Origin: Eledone cirrhosa
Lineage: Eukaryota
Length of the DNA stretch: 64,000 nucleotides
Assembly (NCBI GenBank): GCA_964016885.1
Contig: OZ024743.1
Location: 372,558,001-372,622,000 of the forward strand
Reading direction: 5' to 3'
Part shown: one piece after another, positions 11,703-23,563 of the stretch
How the letters are laid out: every line of letters begins with the position of its first letter
How positions within the stretch are numbered: position 1 is the stretch's first letter
The notes under the pieces: model-generated
Told to the model about the DNA's origin: nothing
The model's database searches: none
Seen by the model: the letters and a program-made list of their open reading frames with translations, nothing else
Position numbers and translations under genes: made by a program

Positions 11703-14200
11703 ATTTTAACCTCAACCCTGACTAGACACATCATAGAATAATGCTGAGGTTTACATGAATGCATTTCATTAAACATCATTTTCTCTTTTATCATTTGAAG
11801 AAAAAAAAAACTGCAACTTGAGTCAGCTCAGAACATTTGGGTCAACGATGGCTTTGTCATCTCCCAGTATGCCGTTTTTCAATGTGACTGGATCAACATC
11901 AAGTATAGATCAACCATCATGTGGATCAAGTCTTCTCTGAATCAACATCGACTTGACCAACTACTTCTTTTCATGCTGGTCGCCATTGAGACCTTGATTG
12001 TCCTTGATCACTAAGCTGCTATTTTCCTCCGGAAGTACATCCCACCTGAGGAAGGAGCCCTGTGAGGTAGAGTGGCTGTTGCAGCAGATGTTGCTGGCTG
12101 TTCTCTATGGCAAGGTTTTTGCCATTTTGTTCACAAAGCACAGCTGAGACATACCACCAAGATTGGGTGTAGAGTCTGTCACCCCTCCCTACTTTCTCTT
12201 ACTTTTGCTGAATGATTTCAGTCACAGCCTCACTACTGTGGGAGAACAAGAAATGTGTCATGGGAGAGTATGTGTGTCTTTTTATGAATTTCAAAAAGTC
12301 ATATTTTATGATAGTAGTAGTAAAGAAAAGTATGGACTGTTAGGAGGTTTTACAACATACACTCTCTCACTGCTTAGTTGATCCTTTAGCTAAGATATAT
12401 CTTGTCCTAATTGGGAGACATGTGCATGGCTATATATCTTGTCCTAATTGTGAGTCATGTGTATGGCTGAGGGGTTAAGTAGTTTGCTTTGCAATCATGA
12501 GAACCCAGATTCAATTCCACTGTGTGTCATTAGGGTTGGATTTAAACATTGGGAGGGGACCAGGGCACTTCATGTTTGTGAGGCCCCCTCATACACCAAA
12601 AATTAGAATATACAGCAAACCCCTAATTTTACATATCAAAGTTAGCTTGGCGCAAGTAATTGGAATTGAAAAGTTATACATACAGTTATTAAATTAAAAA
12701 ATTCTAATCATCCTAAAACTAAAGAGCCCAGCTGAGGGCACAAATAAATTGCTACGGCCGTCGCTGTGGGGCCCCTATTGCAGGTAGATGAAAACTATAT
12801 GGAGGCCTGTCAGATGGAATGCACCTGTAATCCAAAGGTCTAGCCTTGTTACCATATATTGTATTACACTGATTGAGCTTGGGAATTACATTAAAGGTAA
12901 ATACGTCGATGGGATCCTGAATCAGTCATAACTGAACATGTGTTTACACATGGAAAGATCCTTTCAAAGGCACAGGCCTGGACAAGGTTTCTTTTGTGAA
13001 AGATATGTGGTTGTCCATGTATGCATGTCTTCCCTTTTACCATTACTGATGTCGTCAAGGGAAAGACAAAGATTGATACAACTTGTAACTAGTATCATCA
13101 TGAACAAACTAAGAGCTGAAAAAGCTGCAGTATATACCACAAATCCTCTCACTTAACACTCTAATAATCTTAACTATAATAAAAAAAAGGAGTGCGGGAC
13201 TGCGTCCAGAATATATTTTTACCCCGTTAGCAAAATAAGTTGGATTACTTTGAACAAATAATGAATGAATATTACATAATTTATGTATTAAATTTAGTAA
13301 CTCTTGATTAAATATATTTTATTGCTTATTTAAAGATTAACTTCTTTAACATTTTCAAATGTCAACACTTCCGGTTAGTGTCCGTTATATTATAACACTT
13401 ATAAAAACATCACATATATTTCTGTCAATAATTTTCTCCTAATGTAGTTTATATATAATATCGTCTTTTTTAAATGTATCATGGATTACTTTACTGATTA
13501 CAGAAGACAGTGTAACACAGTCTCTCTCTTCAATTTCTGTGGATATTGTCAATTACAATTTTATTTGACATATCATATCTACATGCATGTATACTTGCAT
13601 ATAATATCAATATACACACTACACATGCTAGCAGAAAACCACATGAAGAGTGGTTTATCTGCTAGTTATACTATTGCACCAACTTGGAATTGTCCTTTTT
13701 TGGACATAGATGACTTCAGCAGGATTTGAAATCTGAACAGAGAGAACTGAAACAAATACTGAAACAAAATATTTTAATCCAATGCTTGAATGACTCTGCC
13801 AATTTGTTGCCTTAATACTTTACATGTTCATTGACCTGCTAGAAATAGCAGACAAATCCCCCTCAAATACACACTACTGTCCTTAGATATACATGTTCAT
13901 ACATAAATTGGATGCTCAGTTAATTGAGCAGCATCCCCCTTTTAGTCATTTTTTATGGCATGCATGTGTATATATACATACATATATTATATACACATGG
14001 ATATGTCTGCTGGCATCACAACTAGATTATAATACTACATGACCAGCGACATATCCCCAGGATTGCATAACTATACCTATGATTGTATGAGCATTTGATG
14101 AAGTCGTATAATCATGTAATAGAAATATATATCATGCAATAAAGCAATTATGGGGAAGTAACCCTGTCTTAACTACACTTAATTTAAATATATATATATA

Positions 14201-14542
14201 TCATCATCATCATTTCATTTTATGTCTGCTTTCTCCCTGCTTGCAGGGGTGGGATGGGAACTGATTCTGGCTTGATTTCTACAGCTGGATGCCCTTCCTA
14301 ACACCAACCTCATTTACAGTGAGTGCTGGGTGCTTCTTTTGCCGTGGCACCTCCATGACCACTTTGCAGTGGAATGATATGGACCCCAGTCCCTATCATC
14401 TCATTTCTACAGCTGAGTAAAATGGAGCAATGTGAAATAAAGTGTCTTGCTCAAGGAAACAACACATCACCCAGTCTGAGAATTGAACTCACAACCTTTC
14501 GATTGCAAGGCCAATGCTCTAACCACTAAGCCATGTGCCTCC

Positions 14543-14543
<1 letters not shown>
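14201..14543 (-). mobile_element. tRNA-derived SINE with RTE-derived 3' tail and (TGA)n end
   Basis: Reverse complement of 14603-14933; several copies in the window. Confidence 0.9.
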
Positions 14544-14601
<58 letters not shown>

Positions 14602-14602
14602 T

Positions 14603-14933
14603 GGAAGCACATGGCTTAGTGGTTAGAGCATTGGCCTTGCAATCGAAAGGTTGTGAGTTCAATTCTCAGACCGGGTGATGTGTTGTTTCCTTGAGCAAGA
14701 CACTTTATTTCACATTGCTCCAGTTTACTCAGCTGTAGAAATGAGATGATAGGGACTGGGGTCCCTATCATTCCATTGCAAAGTGGTCGTGTAGGTGCCA
14801 CGGAAAAAAAGCACCCAGCACTCACTGTAAATGAGGTTGGTGTTAGGAAGGGCATCCAGCTGTAGAAATCAAGCCAGAATCAGTTCCCGTCCCACCCTTG
14901 CAAGTAGGGAAAAGCGGACATAAAATGAAATGA
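14603..14933 (+). mobile_element. tRNA-derived SINE with RTE-derived 3' tail
   Basis: A box TGGCTTAGTGG, B box GAGTTCAATTC; internal hairpin ATGATAGGGAC-TGGG-GTCCCTATCAT; GGAAGGGCATCCAGCTGTAGAAA shared with the RTE 3' UTR. Confidence 0.9.
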
Positions 14934-15589
14934 TATATATATACACAGAGAAAGAGAGATGGTATGTAGATATATATATATATATCAACTTTACATCAAC
15001 CTTTCTATGTTGGCATGGGTTGGATGGGACTTTTTTAAGCAACTTATTACAGCCTGAGGCCCTTTCTGGCACCAACCTTTGTAGCCACTTCTTATGACAT
15101 ACAGGGATATGGTGTACCTATTCTAAACCAGCTACACATTGCTTATGATAATTGATATAAAACTTTCATAATTTCTTAATAATTTATCTGCAATATTAAT
15201 TCCATTTAGATATTTTTAAAAAAAATAATCGACACAGTCTAGGCTGTGGCTATAAAAGAAGACATTTGTCTGAGGTGCCACACAGTGGAACTTACACCTG
15301 AAACCACATGGGCGCTAAACTAACTTCTTAACCAGACAGCCAGGCCTGCACATCGAAGTATGGTATTTCTCTCTTACTCTTTTCCAAACCCAGAGGCTCA
15401 TCAAGCCAATGTTTATCCCAGTTTCATTGGTGTTAAGTAACTGAGAGTACAAAGTTTTTCCCTGGATAGGACACTTGTGCATCACAAGTTTAACCCCTAG
15501 CTACTGCTAGCACTCATTTTCAGCTGAATGGACTGGAGTGATGTGAAATGAAGTACTTTACACAAAAATTGAACCCACAACATAATTGT

Positions 15590-15774
15590 TTCTACTATTG
15601 GCACAAGGCCAGCAATTACTCAGTACATTACTGGTACTTTATTTTATTGACCCCATAAGGATGAAAGGCAAAGTTAACCTCGGCGGGATTTGAACTCAGA
15701 ATGGCAAGGGCCGTAACTCTATGCGTCAAAGCATGGCGTCCGACCCTCTACCGATACTGTCAATTCACCGCCCT
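15590..15774 (-). mobile_element. SINE with Nin-type central domain
   Basis: Minus strand has GAGTTCAAATCCC (B box) then GCCTTTCATCCTT..GGGGTCAATAAAATAAAGTACCAG, resembling the Nin domain; multiple copies. Confidence 0.75.
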
Positions 15775-15857
15775 GAACCCACAACATAATGATCATTAAT
15801 CAGACACCTTAACCACTAGGCCACACATACATCTTTACAGTATTTAGTGGCTATATA

Positions 15858-16653
15858 TGTTCGGTAGGACCTTCCGCCCGGGACCGATGAACAACTTCCA
15901 AAAGTCCCTGGCCTGGCAGTGCTACCGAGGAGCTCTACCAGTTCGAGACAAGCTCTACAGACATGGGTGCCCGGGCAGGGACCCTCCAAAAACGATCTGT
16001 CCGAGGTGCGTGCGAGACGAAGAAACCGTCGCACACGCATTCATACACTACCCGGGCGTCACCGACCTGTGGGGCTATGTAGAACGACTATTGTCGCAGG
16101 TGGGACCAATCCGGTTGACCACCGAGTCCATTGTCATGATCAAACCGCCACCCTCCTTCAAAAACGAAGGAGAGGCGGTTTTCCTTTGTGCGATAGCTAT
16201 GGCGAAAGAGGTTGTATGGTGGACAAGGTTGAAAGGGCTGAGGTCAGACACCTTTCTCTCCGGCCAACAACTGATTCTGTTTTTCAAATACCACTTTGGA
16301 AGAAGAATCAGGATGGAGAGAGAGGTGCTGTACCCCAGCAAGTTTTTTGAAAGGTGGGTAAAAGTGGCGAGAATGGCCCGAGTGAATGGGTCTTCTCTCT
16401 AAATCAGCCTGTAGGTTGAGGAAAAAGAGGAGGAGAGGAGAGGAGTACAAACTCTTCGTACTCCTGGAGATGAGGGTTGCACATTTTTTTTCGGGGGTAT
16501 GTGTTACCCATATGAAATGTCTCCCCCTATTGGGGAAAATCGACTAATTTTTAAATTACATTTGTGATAATATTTTACACGTTTTTATTGTATGTAAACT
16601 TCCCTCTTTGTATTTGTCCCCTTCTTTTGTGCCCCTGTGGTTAATAAAGAAAC
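15858..16653 (+). mobile_element. 5'-truncated Tx1 LINE (subfamily C)
   Basis: Near-identical to the reverse complement of about 7483-8280; ORF 15857-16402; flanked by short (TA)n. Confidence 0.93.
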
Positions 16654-17077
16654 ATATATATATATTCTTGGTTGACCTTTTGGAAAGTTAGTTTTTCAAC
16701 CACAGAGTCTTGGCATGTGAACAAAATATCAGTGTTCACAGCTCTTAGTTTATTAACTGTAATCTTCCAACTTTTTTCACCATGAAAAGTATTATACAAG
16801 GATTATGATAATGCTCTCTTCAGGCTCTAATAACCTTGAACCCAGCCTGTTTGATGAGTATAATTACTACTGAAGATAATATACCATTCAACCCAACTGA
16901 AAGATTCATTGTTGTACAATTAGCCCTTGTGACAAATAAACAAACAACTGTTTTTTTTTTTGGTTTTGCTTTTCTTTTGTTATATTTGGGGAGGGTCATG
17001 TTGTCCTAATATCTCCCAAAAATAGTAAAACACACTGATTGGTTTGGTTTTCGTTTTAGTATATATGTATATATATA

Positions 17078-18377
17078 CAGGTTGCGGACGATATTTGTTC
17101 GCAAGATTACTGTCTAGGAAAAAATAAACAGTAGTTTTATTTTTTAAGATATATTTATCAAACTTGGGTCAGTTTGTCTTCATCACTTGTTCTTTCGATC
17201 TCACTCAATAAACCCGCCATTGGCTTTGATGACGGCCTCAAGGCGGCCTCGGAACCGGCTACAGGCCTTTGTCACTGTCCCCCGACTTAGGCCCCTAAAG
17301 GCACTTGTGATCCTGGCCTTCAGATCGTCTTTCATATTGCAGCTAGATCTGTTGGTGTCTCGTTCCACTGCGCCCCACACAAAGAAATCGAGGGGGTTGC
17401 AGTCAGGCGAGCTGGGAGGCCAGATGTCAGGTGAAGTGTGGTCGACAAAGTTCTCTGACAGCCAGGCTTGGGTCTTTCGGCTGGTATGGCAGGGCGCTGA
17501 GTCTTGCTGCCACACGTACGGCCTACCTGAAGCTATCTGGTCGATCCAGGGATTTACTACCTTACTCAGAATGCGGATGTAGCCATCGGTGTTCAGCTTG
17601 AGGCCCTCAGGGAAGAAGTGAGGTGGCATGACGTCCCCTTGACTGCTGACGACACCTAAGACCAATGTTGTCGCTGGAAACTTTGTCTGCATGACTCTGG
17701 GCACGTCTTTGGATGAGACAGCATGCCACCTGTTGTTCTGGGAGTTGATCTTCTGGTCTTGGCAGAAGTTTTTCTCGTCGGAGAAAAATCACAGCATGTC
17801 TGGCTCCAGTGGGTGTTTCAACTTGTTGATCAGCTTCTTTGTGTGCTTCAGTCGCTTTTCTTGCATCGCTTTTGACAGAAATTCTCCTTTCCTCATCTTG
17901 TATGAAATGTAGCGAATGTCTTCATGTACCACCAACCTAATGAGCTTTTCATCCACGCCTTTCTCCCTTGCAATGGCATGTATCGACTTGCTAGGTTCAT
18001 TGTTGATGATATCCTAAACTTCAGCGACGAACTTGGGCATTCTGAAGGAGTCAGATCGTTGATCATGTGTTTTCCTCTCTGATGTTGCTTCGTAGTCGAA
18101 TCCTGAATCTTCCTATTCCTTTCTGACCTTTTCCACCATTCTCCTGCTGACGCTGAGAAAGTCTGAAATTTCCTTATTTGTCCTCCCAGTGCGGATTCCA
18201 AGAAGAACTCCGTGTCTCTTCCACAAATTTGGAGGTTCAAAATTATTCATAATCAATTATTCTGAAAATAAATAATGGAAATATAGTCACTGTTTTTATG
18301 AAGACACGAGTGACAACGGAAGAAAAAAATTTGCATAAAATTAGCAGTTGAAAATTGCGAACAAATATCGTCCACAC
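17078..18377 (-). mobile_element. Tc1/mariner DNA transposon, DD37D (maT) family; right TIR lacks terminal bases
   Basis: TA + CAGGTTGCGGACGATATTTGTTCGCAA at left; TTGCGAACAAATATCGTCCACAC at right; about 1.3 kb. Confidence 0.92.
17201..18250 (-). pseudogene. Disrupted DD37D transposase
   Basis: FFSDEKNF, WQQDSAPCH, WPPSSPDCNPLD with 37 residues between D2 and D3; ATG at 18250; broken into several frames. Confidence 0.9.
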
Positions 18378-18434
18378 GCTAAGGTGAAACAATTGTTCTC
18401 GTTATGGTGAACTACCTGTTGTGTAACCACTTCT
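18377..18434 (+). mobile_element. Penelope-like 3'-end fragment (3' half of minimal hammerhead)
   Basis: CGCTAAGGTGAAACAATTGTTCTCG..GTGTAACCACTTCTA matches 61055-61113. Confidence 0.8.
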
Positions 18435-18451
18435 ATATATATATATATATA

Positions 18452-18531
18452 CAGGGTGTGGACGATATTTGTTCGCAATTTTCCACTGCTAATTTTATGC
18501 AAATTTTTTTTGCTTCCGTTGTCACTCGTGT

Positions 18532-18538
<7 letters not shown>
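18452..18538 (+). mobile_element. Extra inverted copy of the maT 5' terminus (complete TIR + about 60 bp)
   Basis: TA-CAGGGTGTGGACGATATTTGTTCGCAA; reverse complement of 18297-18377 with few differences. Confidence 0.9.
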
Positions 18539-18608
<70 letters not shown>

Positions 18609-18959
18609 CTGGGGGCTGGGGATTTTTCAGTAGTCTTATTTTTCTTGCATGATTTCACTGCACTACTAAGTGCACTGATCCATGCAACTTAGGTACATGG
18701 AGTAATTTGTTTTGGTTTTGAAAGTACTGGTGGATGCAGCACAACCAAATGGTTAAGAAGTTTGCTTCGCAATCATTAGGTCCTGGGTTCAGACTCATTC
18801 ACCCCACTTTCCCTCTCTCCTTCTGTCTCTGATCCCTGTCTCATCCTCCCACCCACCATTTTCACTGCGCTACTAAATGCACTACTCTGTGCACCTTGAG
18901 TACATGCAATAACTTGCTTTTGGTTTTGAATTGTCTATTGTATTGAAAGTACTGGTAGA

Positions 18960-19330
18960 TGAAGCACAGCCAAATGGTTAAGAAGTTTGCTTCACAATCC
19001 TGAGGTTCTCAGTTCAATCCCACTGTGCAACATCTTGTGCAAGTGTCATGTACATAGCCTCTGGTTAATCCATCTCTTGTAAGGGAAACTGAGTAGAGAG
19101 AAACTGTTTGGAAATCAGTTGGGCGGACTGTACTTATAATTCAAAGGACCAGCTTTGCCATACACTGCAGTTCAAAAGGCCAGTCTTGTCACAGATGGTA
19201 ATGCAAAGGGCCAGCTTTGTCATGCATTGTATCATGCTGAATCTCCCTGAGAATTAAGTTAAAAGTAGATGTGTCTGTGGAATGCTCAGAGCCTTACATG
19301 TTAATTATATAAGCAGGATGTTCTGTTGAT
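18960..19330 (+). mobile_element. Degraded tRNA-derived SINE (head duplicated at about 18735-18800)
   Basis: TGGTTAAGAAGTTTGCTT..CAGTTCAATCCCACTG..CAAGTGTC; related segments at 12.5-12.9 kb and 47.1 kb. Confidence 0.55.
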
Positions 19331-19559
19331 CGAACAACTGAAACATTCATTTTCAAAAACTAGAGAGGTCCATCAATATATGTACAGTACCTAATAGTGC
19401 TATTTTCTATGTATAACTATAACTGTAGGAGTTGTAGGGGCGCCTCAGTCATATATAGTCTTTCTTGGACATTTTTTAAACAAGTCTGGACGCAGCCAAT
19501 TTCTTTCAGAGAAGGAGAAAGATAAATGAGAGAGAGGAAGTGAAAAAGAGATCTAGAGG

Positions 19560-19725
19560 GAGAATCGACTCCAGTACTGGACTGGTTCTTTTATATTGAA
19601 CTTGAAAGAATGAAAAGCAAAGTTGACCTCAACAGGATTTGAAATCAGATTACAGAGAACCAGAACAAATGCCACAATTCAATCCATCCAATGTTTTAAA
19701 AATGACTCTGCCAATTTGTTGCCTA
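19560..19725 (-). mobile_element. Degraded Nin-type SINE
   Basis: Similar to 15590-15774. Confidence 0.6.
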
Positions 19726-20285
19726 TATTTTTTTTTATACAACCCATGCTGGCATAGAAAAATGGACGTTAAATGGTGATGATGATGATGATGATATTTG
19801 TAAGGCCTTGTGTTTTGGGATATGTATAATTTGCTAGTTTTGGTATTACCATTTCCAGAGAACTTTGGGAATGGCTAAAGATACATGCAGACATGTTTAT
19901 TCCCATATCTTTTTATTTGAATAGTTTCTCTATTTCTTTGAGAAGTACAAAATAGTCTGTTAGGTTTAATATGTTGATTAAGAAGCACTTTGATTTCCAA
20001 TGATTTTTTATAAGCTTCCTATAGTCCCAGGATGTCCTTCCTATAGCCAACCAGCTTACAAGGTGTACTGGGTACATATTGTGGCACCAATACTAGTGAG
20101 GTTGTCAGTTACTGACCCAACCAAAGTGACCTCTCTGCTCTGATGGGGGAAGAAGAGAAGGAAGATATGTATAATTCCATGGGTGTATGGCAAGTGTGGT
20201 GGGATTTAACTGCTGAAGAGTAGAGTGGGATATAGTGATGGCATGAGCAGCTAAGAAGTGATAGTGGTAGGGAAATGGACGGAAG

Positions 20286-20368
20286 CAGCCATACATAGGG
20301 TTCGGTGGGATGGGGGTTTACTCACCAGCCATACATAGGGTTCGGTGGGATGGGGGTTTACTCACCAG
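20286..20368. repeat. 40-bp tandem duplication
   Basis: CAGCCATACATAGGGTTCGGTGGGATGGGGGTTTACTCAC occurs twice. Confidence 0.9.
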
Positions 20369-20559
20369 CGTGTTATAATTTTGTGGGAAGGGGGTGTGTA
20401 GTGATCGTTAGAATAGCTAAGGAGTTGTAGTGGAGGGTGGATGGATGGGGTGAGGATGTAGAAGGATGGAGAGAGATGCTACTAAGGAGCGCCAGTGGAA
20501 GGTGGGCATCTATCTAACAAAACATTGCAATGTATGTGTGTTTAGAAGAAAGGCATGTG

Positions 20560-21010
20560 TGATAGAGAGGAAATAAGGGGGAGAGAGAGAGAGAGCAGAA
20601 AGGGACTGAAGGAGATGGGAGGAAAGGGGGAAGAGAGGAGTGGAGGATGGGGATGGGGTGAGATGGAGAGGAAAGGAGGGAGTGGGGAAAGAGAGCAGGA
20701 AGAGGTGGGAAAGAGGGGGAAGAGAGATGGGAAGGAAAGGAAGGTAGAGCAGAAAGGGAGTAAAGGAGATGGGGGAAGATGGGGGAAGAGGTGAGATGGA
20801 GAGGAAAGGAGGAAGAAGGATAAAGTGAGCAGGAAGGGTTGGGGAGAGGGAAGAGAGAGGGAACAGATGGGGAGGAAAAGAAGAGGGAGAGCAGAAAGGG
20901 AGTGAAGGAGATGGGAGGAGAGGGAGAAAGAGGGAAGGGTGAGGAGAGAAAGAGGGTAAGAGGGAGAGGAAGTGAGAGAATGAGGGCAAGAGAGATTGTG
21001 GGGGTGAATG
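20560..21010. repeat. Purine-rich (GA) low-complexity tract
   Basis: Direct read. Confidence 0.85.
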
Positions 21011-21279
21011 AGATGAGCTATTTTCTCATTGTTTACACTGAATTTCACAAGTTTTTATAAGTAAACAGTTTAGAGTTGTTTGTAATTAGTTGGGAAAGTT
21101 GAAAGAAAATGAATGGCAATGAATAATATCTTTTTTTTCATCCTGCAGATAACCAATTCTTTCTCTCCGGCCGGCCAACTTTTTTGTATGTGCATATGTG
21201 TTTGTAGGTGTATATATATATATAAATAAATAAATAAATAAACATATATATATATATATGTATGTATATATATACATAC

Positions 21280-21377
21280 AAGCAAGACAACCAATCTTGC
21301 CTCAAGTGGGAAAATTGCCGTCCAAACCCATGCTAGCGTGGAAGATGGACGTTAAACAATGATGATGATGATGATGA
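21280..21377 (+). mobile_element. Very short RTE 3'-end remnant with (TGA)n tail
   Basis: Matches the RTE terminus at about 63515-63618. Confidence 0.75.
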
Positions 21378-21557
21378 TATATATATAAATAAATAAATAA
21401 ACATATATATATATGCATATATATACATGTGTATATATATATATGAGTTTTATTGTAGTACAATAAAGCAATGCAGATATCGGATAAGAAGCACTCTACA
21501 GTTTGTAGGACTGGAGTATATATAATATATAAGAACAAAAGATGGTTAAAAGAGTTT

Positions 21558-21642
21558 CATGTATTTTATTATGCGCATTTCAAAAACAAATATCATCATG
21601 CAATAATATTTGCGTTTTCATCAGATAAAACAGGAAGACATG
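21558..21642 (-). ncRNA. Minimal type I hammerhead ribozyme (inverted pLTR copy)
   Basis: Reverse complement of 23412-23496. Confidence 0.8.
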
Positions 21643-21664
21643 ATATGAAGATTAAAAAACACTT

Positions 21665-22741
21665 GTGGATAGTTCAGTTTTAAATCAACATATGAGAAGT
21701 AGTTTTAGATTGATGTGTGATATTGGGAAAACGCCAAATTACTATAATAACGTGCTTTCTAAAGCCGGCTATCCTGATAAAATCAAATATAGTAAAGAAA
21801 CAAATTCTAGAAGAAATTACAGTAGAATAATTAATCTTGATCATTCCAATAACTTTAATAAAAGACCTAGATACAAAAACATAATCTGGTATAATGCTCC
21901 TTTCTCCATCTCTATTAATAACAATATTCCTAAATTATTCTTTAGTGCCTTAAATAAATGCTTCCCTCCCTCACATATCTATAGTAAAATATTTAACAAA
22001 CACACTATAAAATTTTCCTATTCTACATCCTCCAACATTTCCAACATTATCTCTAAACACAACAATAAAATACTAAATACTAAATCTCTTCCTTCCAACA
22101 CTGAATATCATAATAATAGTACTCCCGACGTCATTGTAAACCCTAGGCTAATTTCTACAAACCCAAATACAACGTCAAACACAACTTCGCTAAATGTTCT
22201 TAATCCTATTCTAAATCAAGAAACTATTATTCCTATCGCAAATAACTTCTCCAATCCAATTCCTTCTATAGATAACACTAGGTCACTCATTAATAATCTC
22301 TCTAATTGCAATTGCAATTGCCCTATTAAAAATAAATGTCCTCTCAACAACCATTGTCTTGATAAAAACTTAATTTACGAATGTAAAGTTATAACTGACA
22401 CCAATTCCTTCACCTATTTTGGCTCCACTTCCACCTCTTTTAAAGCTCGTCTTTATAACCATCATTCGTCTTTTAAATACAAACTTAAAAGAACCAACAC
22501 GGCTCTCTCAGAACTCATATGGTCCTTGAAAGACAAAAATATTAAATATAGCATCTTTTGGAAGAAGGTTTCTTCTGCGTCTCCACACTTGAACAGTTCT
22601 CTATCCAAAATCTGCAATCTCTGTCTAAATGAAAAATTTACCATTATTTCTAATCTAGATTCTATAATAAATAGACGCACTGACTTGTTTTCTATCTGCT
22701 TGCATAAATTCCATAAAACATTTCACAAAGTATACAGCTAA
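21665..22741 (+). CDS. Penelope-like linker + GIY-YIG endonuclease (RT core missing)
   Basis: IIWYNAPFS, CNC..CPL..C..LIY..YFG.T..FKARL.NH..SF, T.LS..IW.LK, CNLC..EK, C.H motifs. The first 22 or so codons derive from the inverted pLTR. Confidence 0.8.
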   Translation: MDSSVLNQHMRSSFRLMCDIGKTPNYYNNVLSKAGYPDKIKYSKETNSRRNYSRIINLDHSNNFNKRPRYKNIIWYNAPFSISINNNIPKLFFSALNKCFPPSHIYSKIFNKHTIKFSYSTSSNISNIISKHNNKILNTKSLPSNTEYHNNSTPDVIVNPRLISTNPNTTSNTTSLNVLNPILNQETIIPIANNFSNPIPSIDNTRSLINNLSNCNCNCPIKNKCPLNNHCLDKNLIYECKVITDTNSFTYFGSTSTSFKARLYNHHSSFKYKLKRTNTALSELIWSLKDKNIKYSIFWKKVSSASPHLNSSLSKICNLCLNEKFTIISNLDSIINRRTDLFSICLHKFHKTFHKVYS

Positions 22742-23411
22742 TATTCAATTCTTTATCAATTTAGAATCTTTTTCTCAAAGGCACATATATATATATACAC
22801 TTCTTTTTAAAAATATACCCATGTCTAACCCCTAATCTGTACCTTTTCTCACTCTTGCCTAACATAGAATCAATTATTACATAATACAATACATTCTTAC
22901 TCTATATCACCTTGTAAAAATCCTTCGTAAACATATACATTTTTTGACGTTAGATTATTCATCCTCAATTCATTAAACTTTTCTCCCTTTCATCTAACTC
23001 ATTATTCTTAATACATATTAACATTTTCTTTTTCTTCGCACATATTATTAAACCCCTCAATATACAAACCTTAACTTTACATTATTTTTCTCTTCGTTAA
23101 TTTTCAAATTCATTTAATTTATACATTATCTTCCAACGGTTTTCAACCTCTCTATGTAAAACAATATATCTTTCTCAGTTATAAAAGCTATCTCTCTCTC
23201 TCAATCACCCATCTCTCCTCCTATCTCATCCTTCCTCATTATACTCCTCCCTCTCCACCTTTTACTCTCATCTCCTCCTCTTTTTTTCATCCTTTCCACC
23301 CCACCCCCTCTAAATAAAATATTTTTCCCAATATCACACATCAATCTAACACTACTTCTCATATGTTGATTTAAAACTGAACTATCCACAAGTGTTTTTT
23401 AATCTTCATAT

Positions 23412-23496
23412 CATGTCTTCCTGTTTTATCTGATGAAAACGCAAATATTATTGCATGATGATATTTGTTTTTGAAATGCGCATAATAAAATACATG
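23412..23496 (+). ncRNA. Minimal type I hammerhead ribozyme
   Basis: TTTTAT-CTGATGA-stem II (CAAATATTAT..ATGATATTTG)-GAAA-TGCGCA (palindromic stem III)-TA-ATAAAA, with CATGT/ACATG extending stem I. Confidence 0.82.
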
Positions 23497-23563
23497 GAAC
23501 TCTTTTAACCATCTTTTGTTCTTATATATTATATATATATATATATAAACATATATATATGTA

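Larger units (their letters stand above)
21444..23537 (+). mobile_element. 5'-truncated Penelope-like element (Naiad-type) with upstream inverted pLTR
   Basis: GIY-YIG ORF; 21517-21731 is an inverted copy of 23323-23537; both arms carry a hammerhead. Confidence 0.88.

Noticed and set aside
14603-14680. tRNA gene
   Set aside because: A and B boxes present but anticodon and acceptor stems pair poorly; it is the head of a multi-copy SINE.
21665-22741. Selenocysteine-encoding Naiad
   Set aside because: No in-frame TGA in the retained ORF and no clear SECIS seen.
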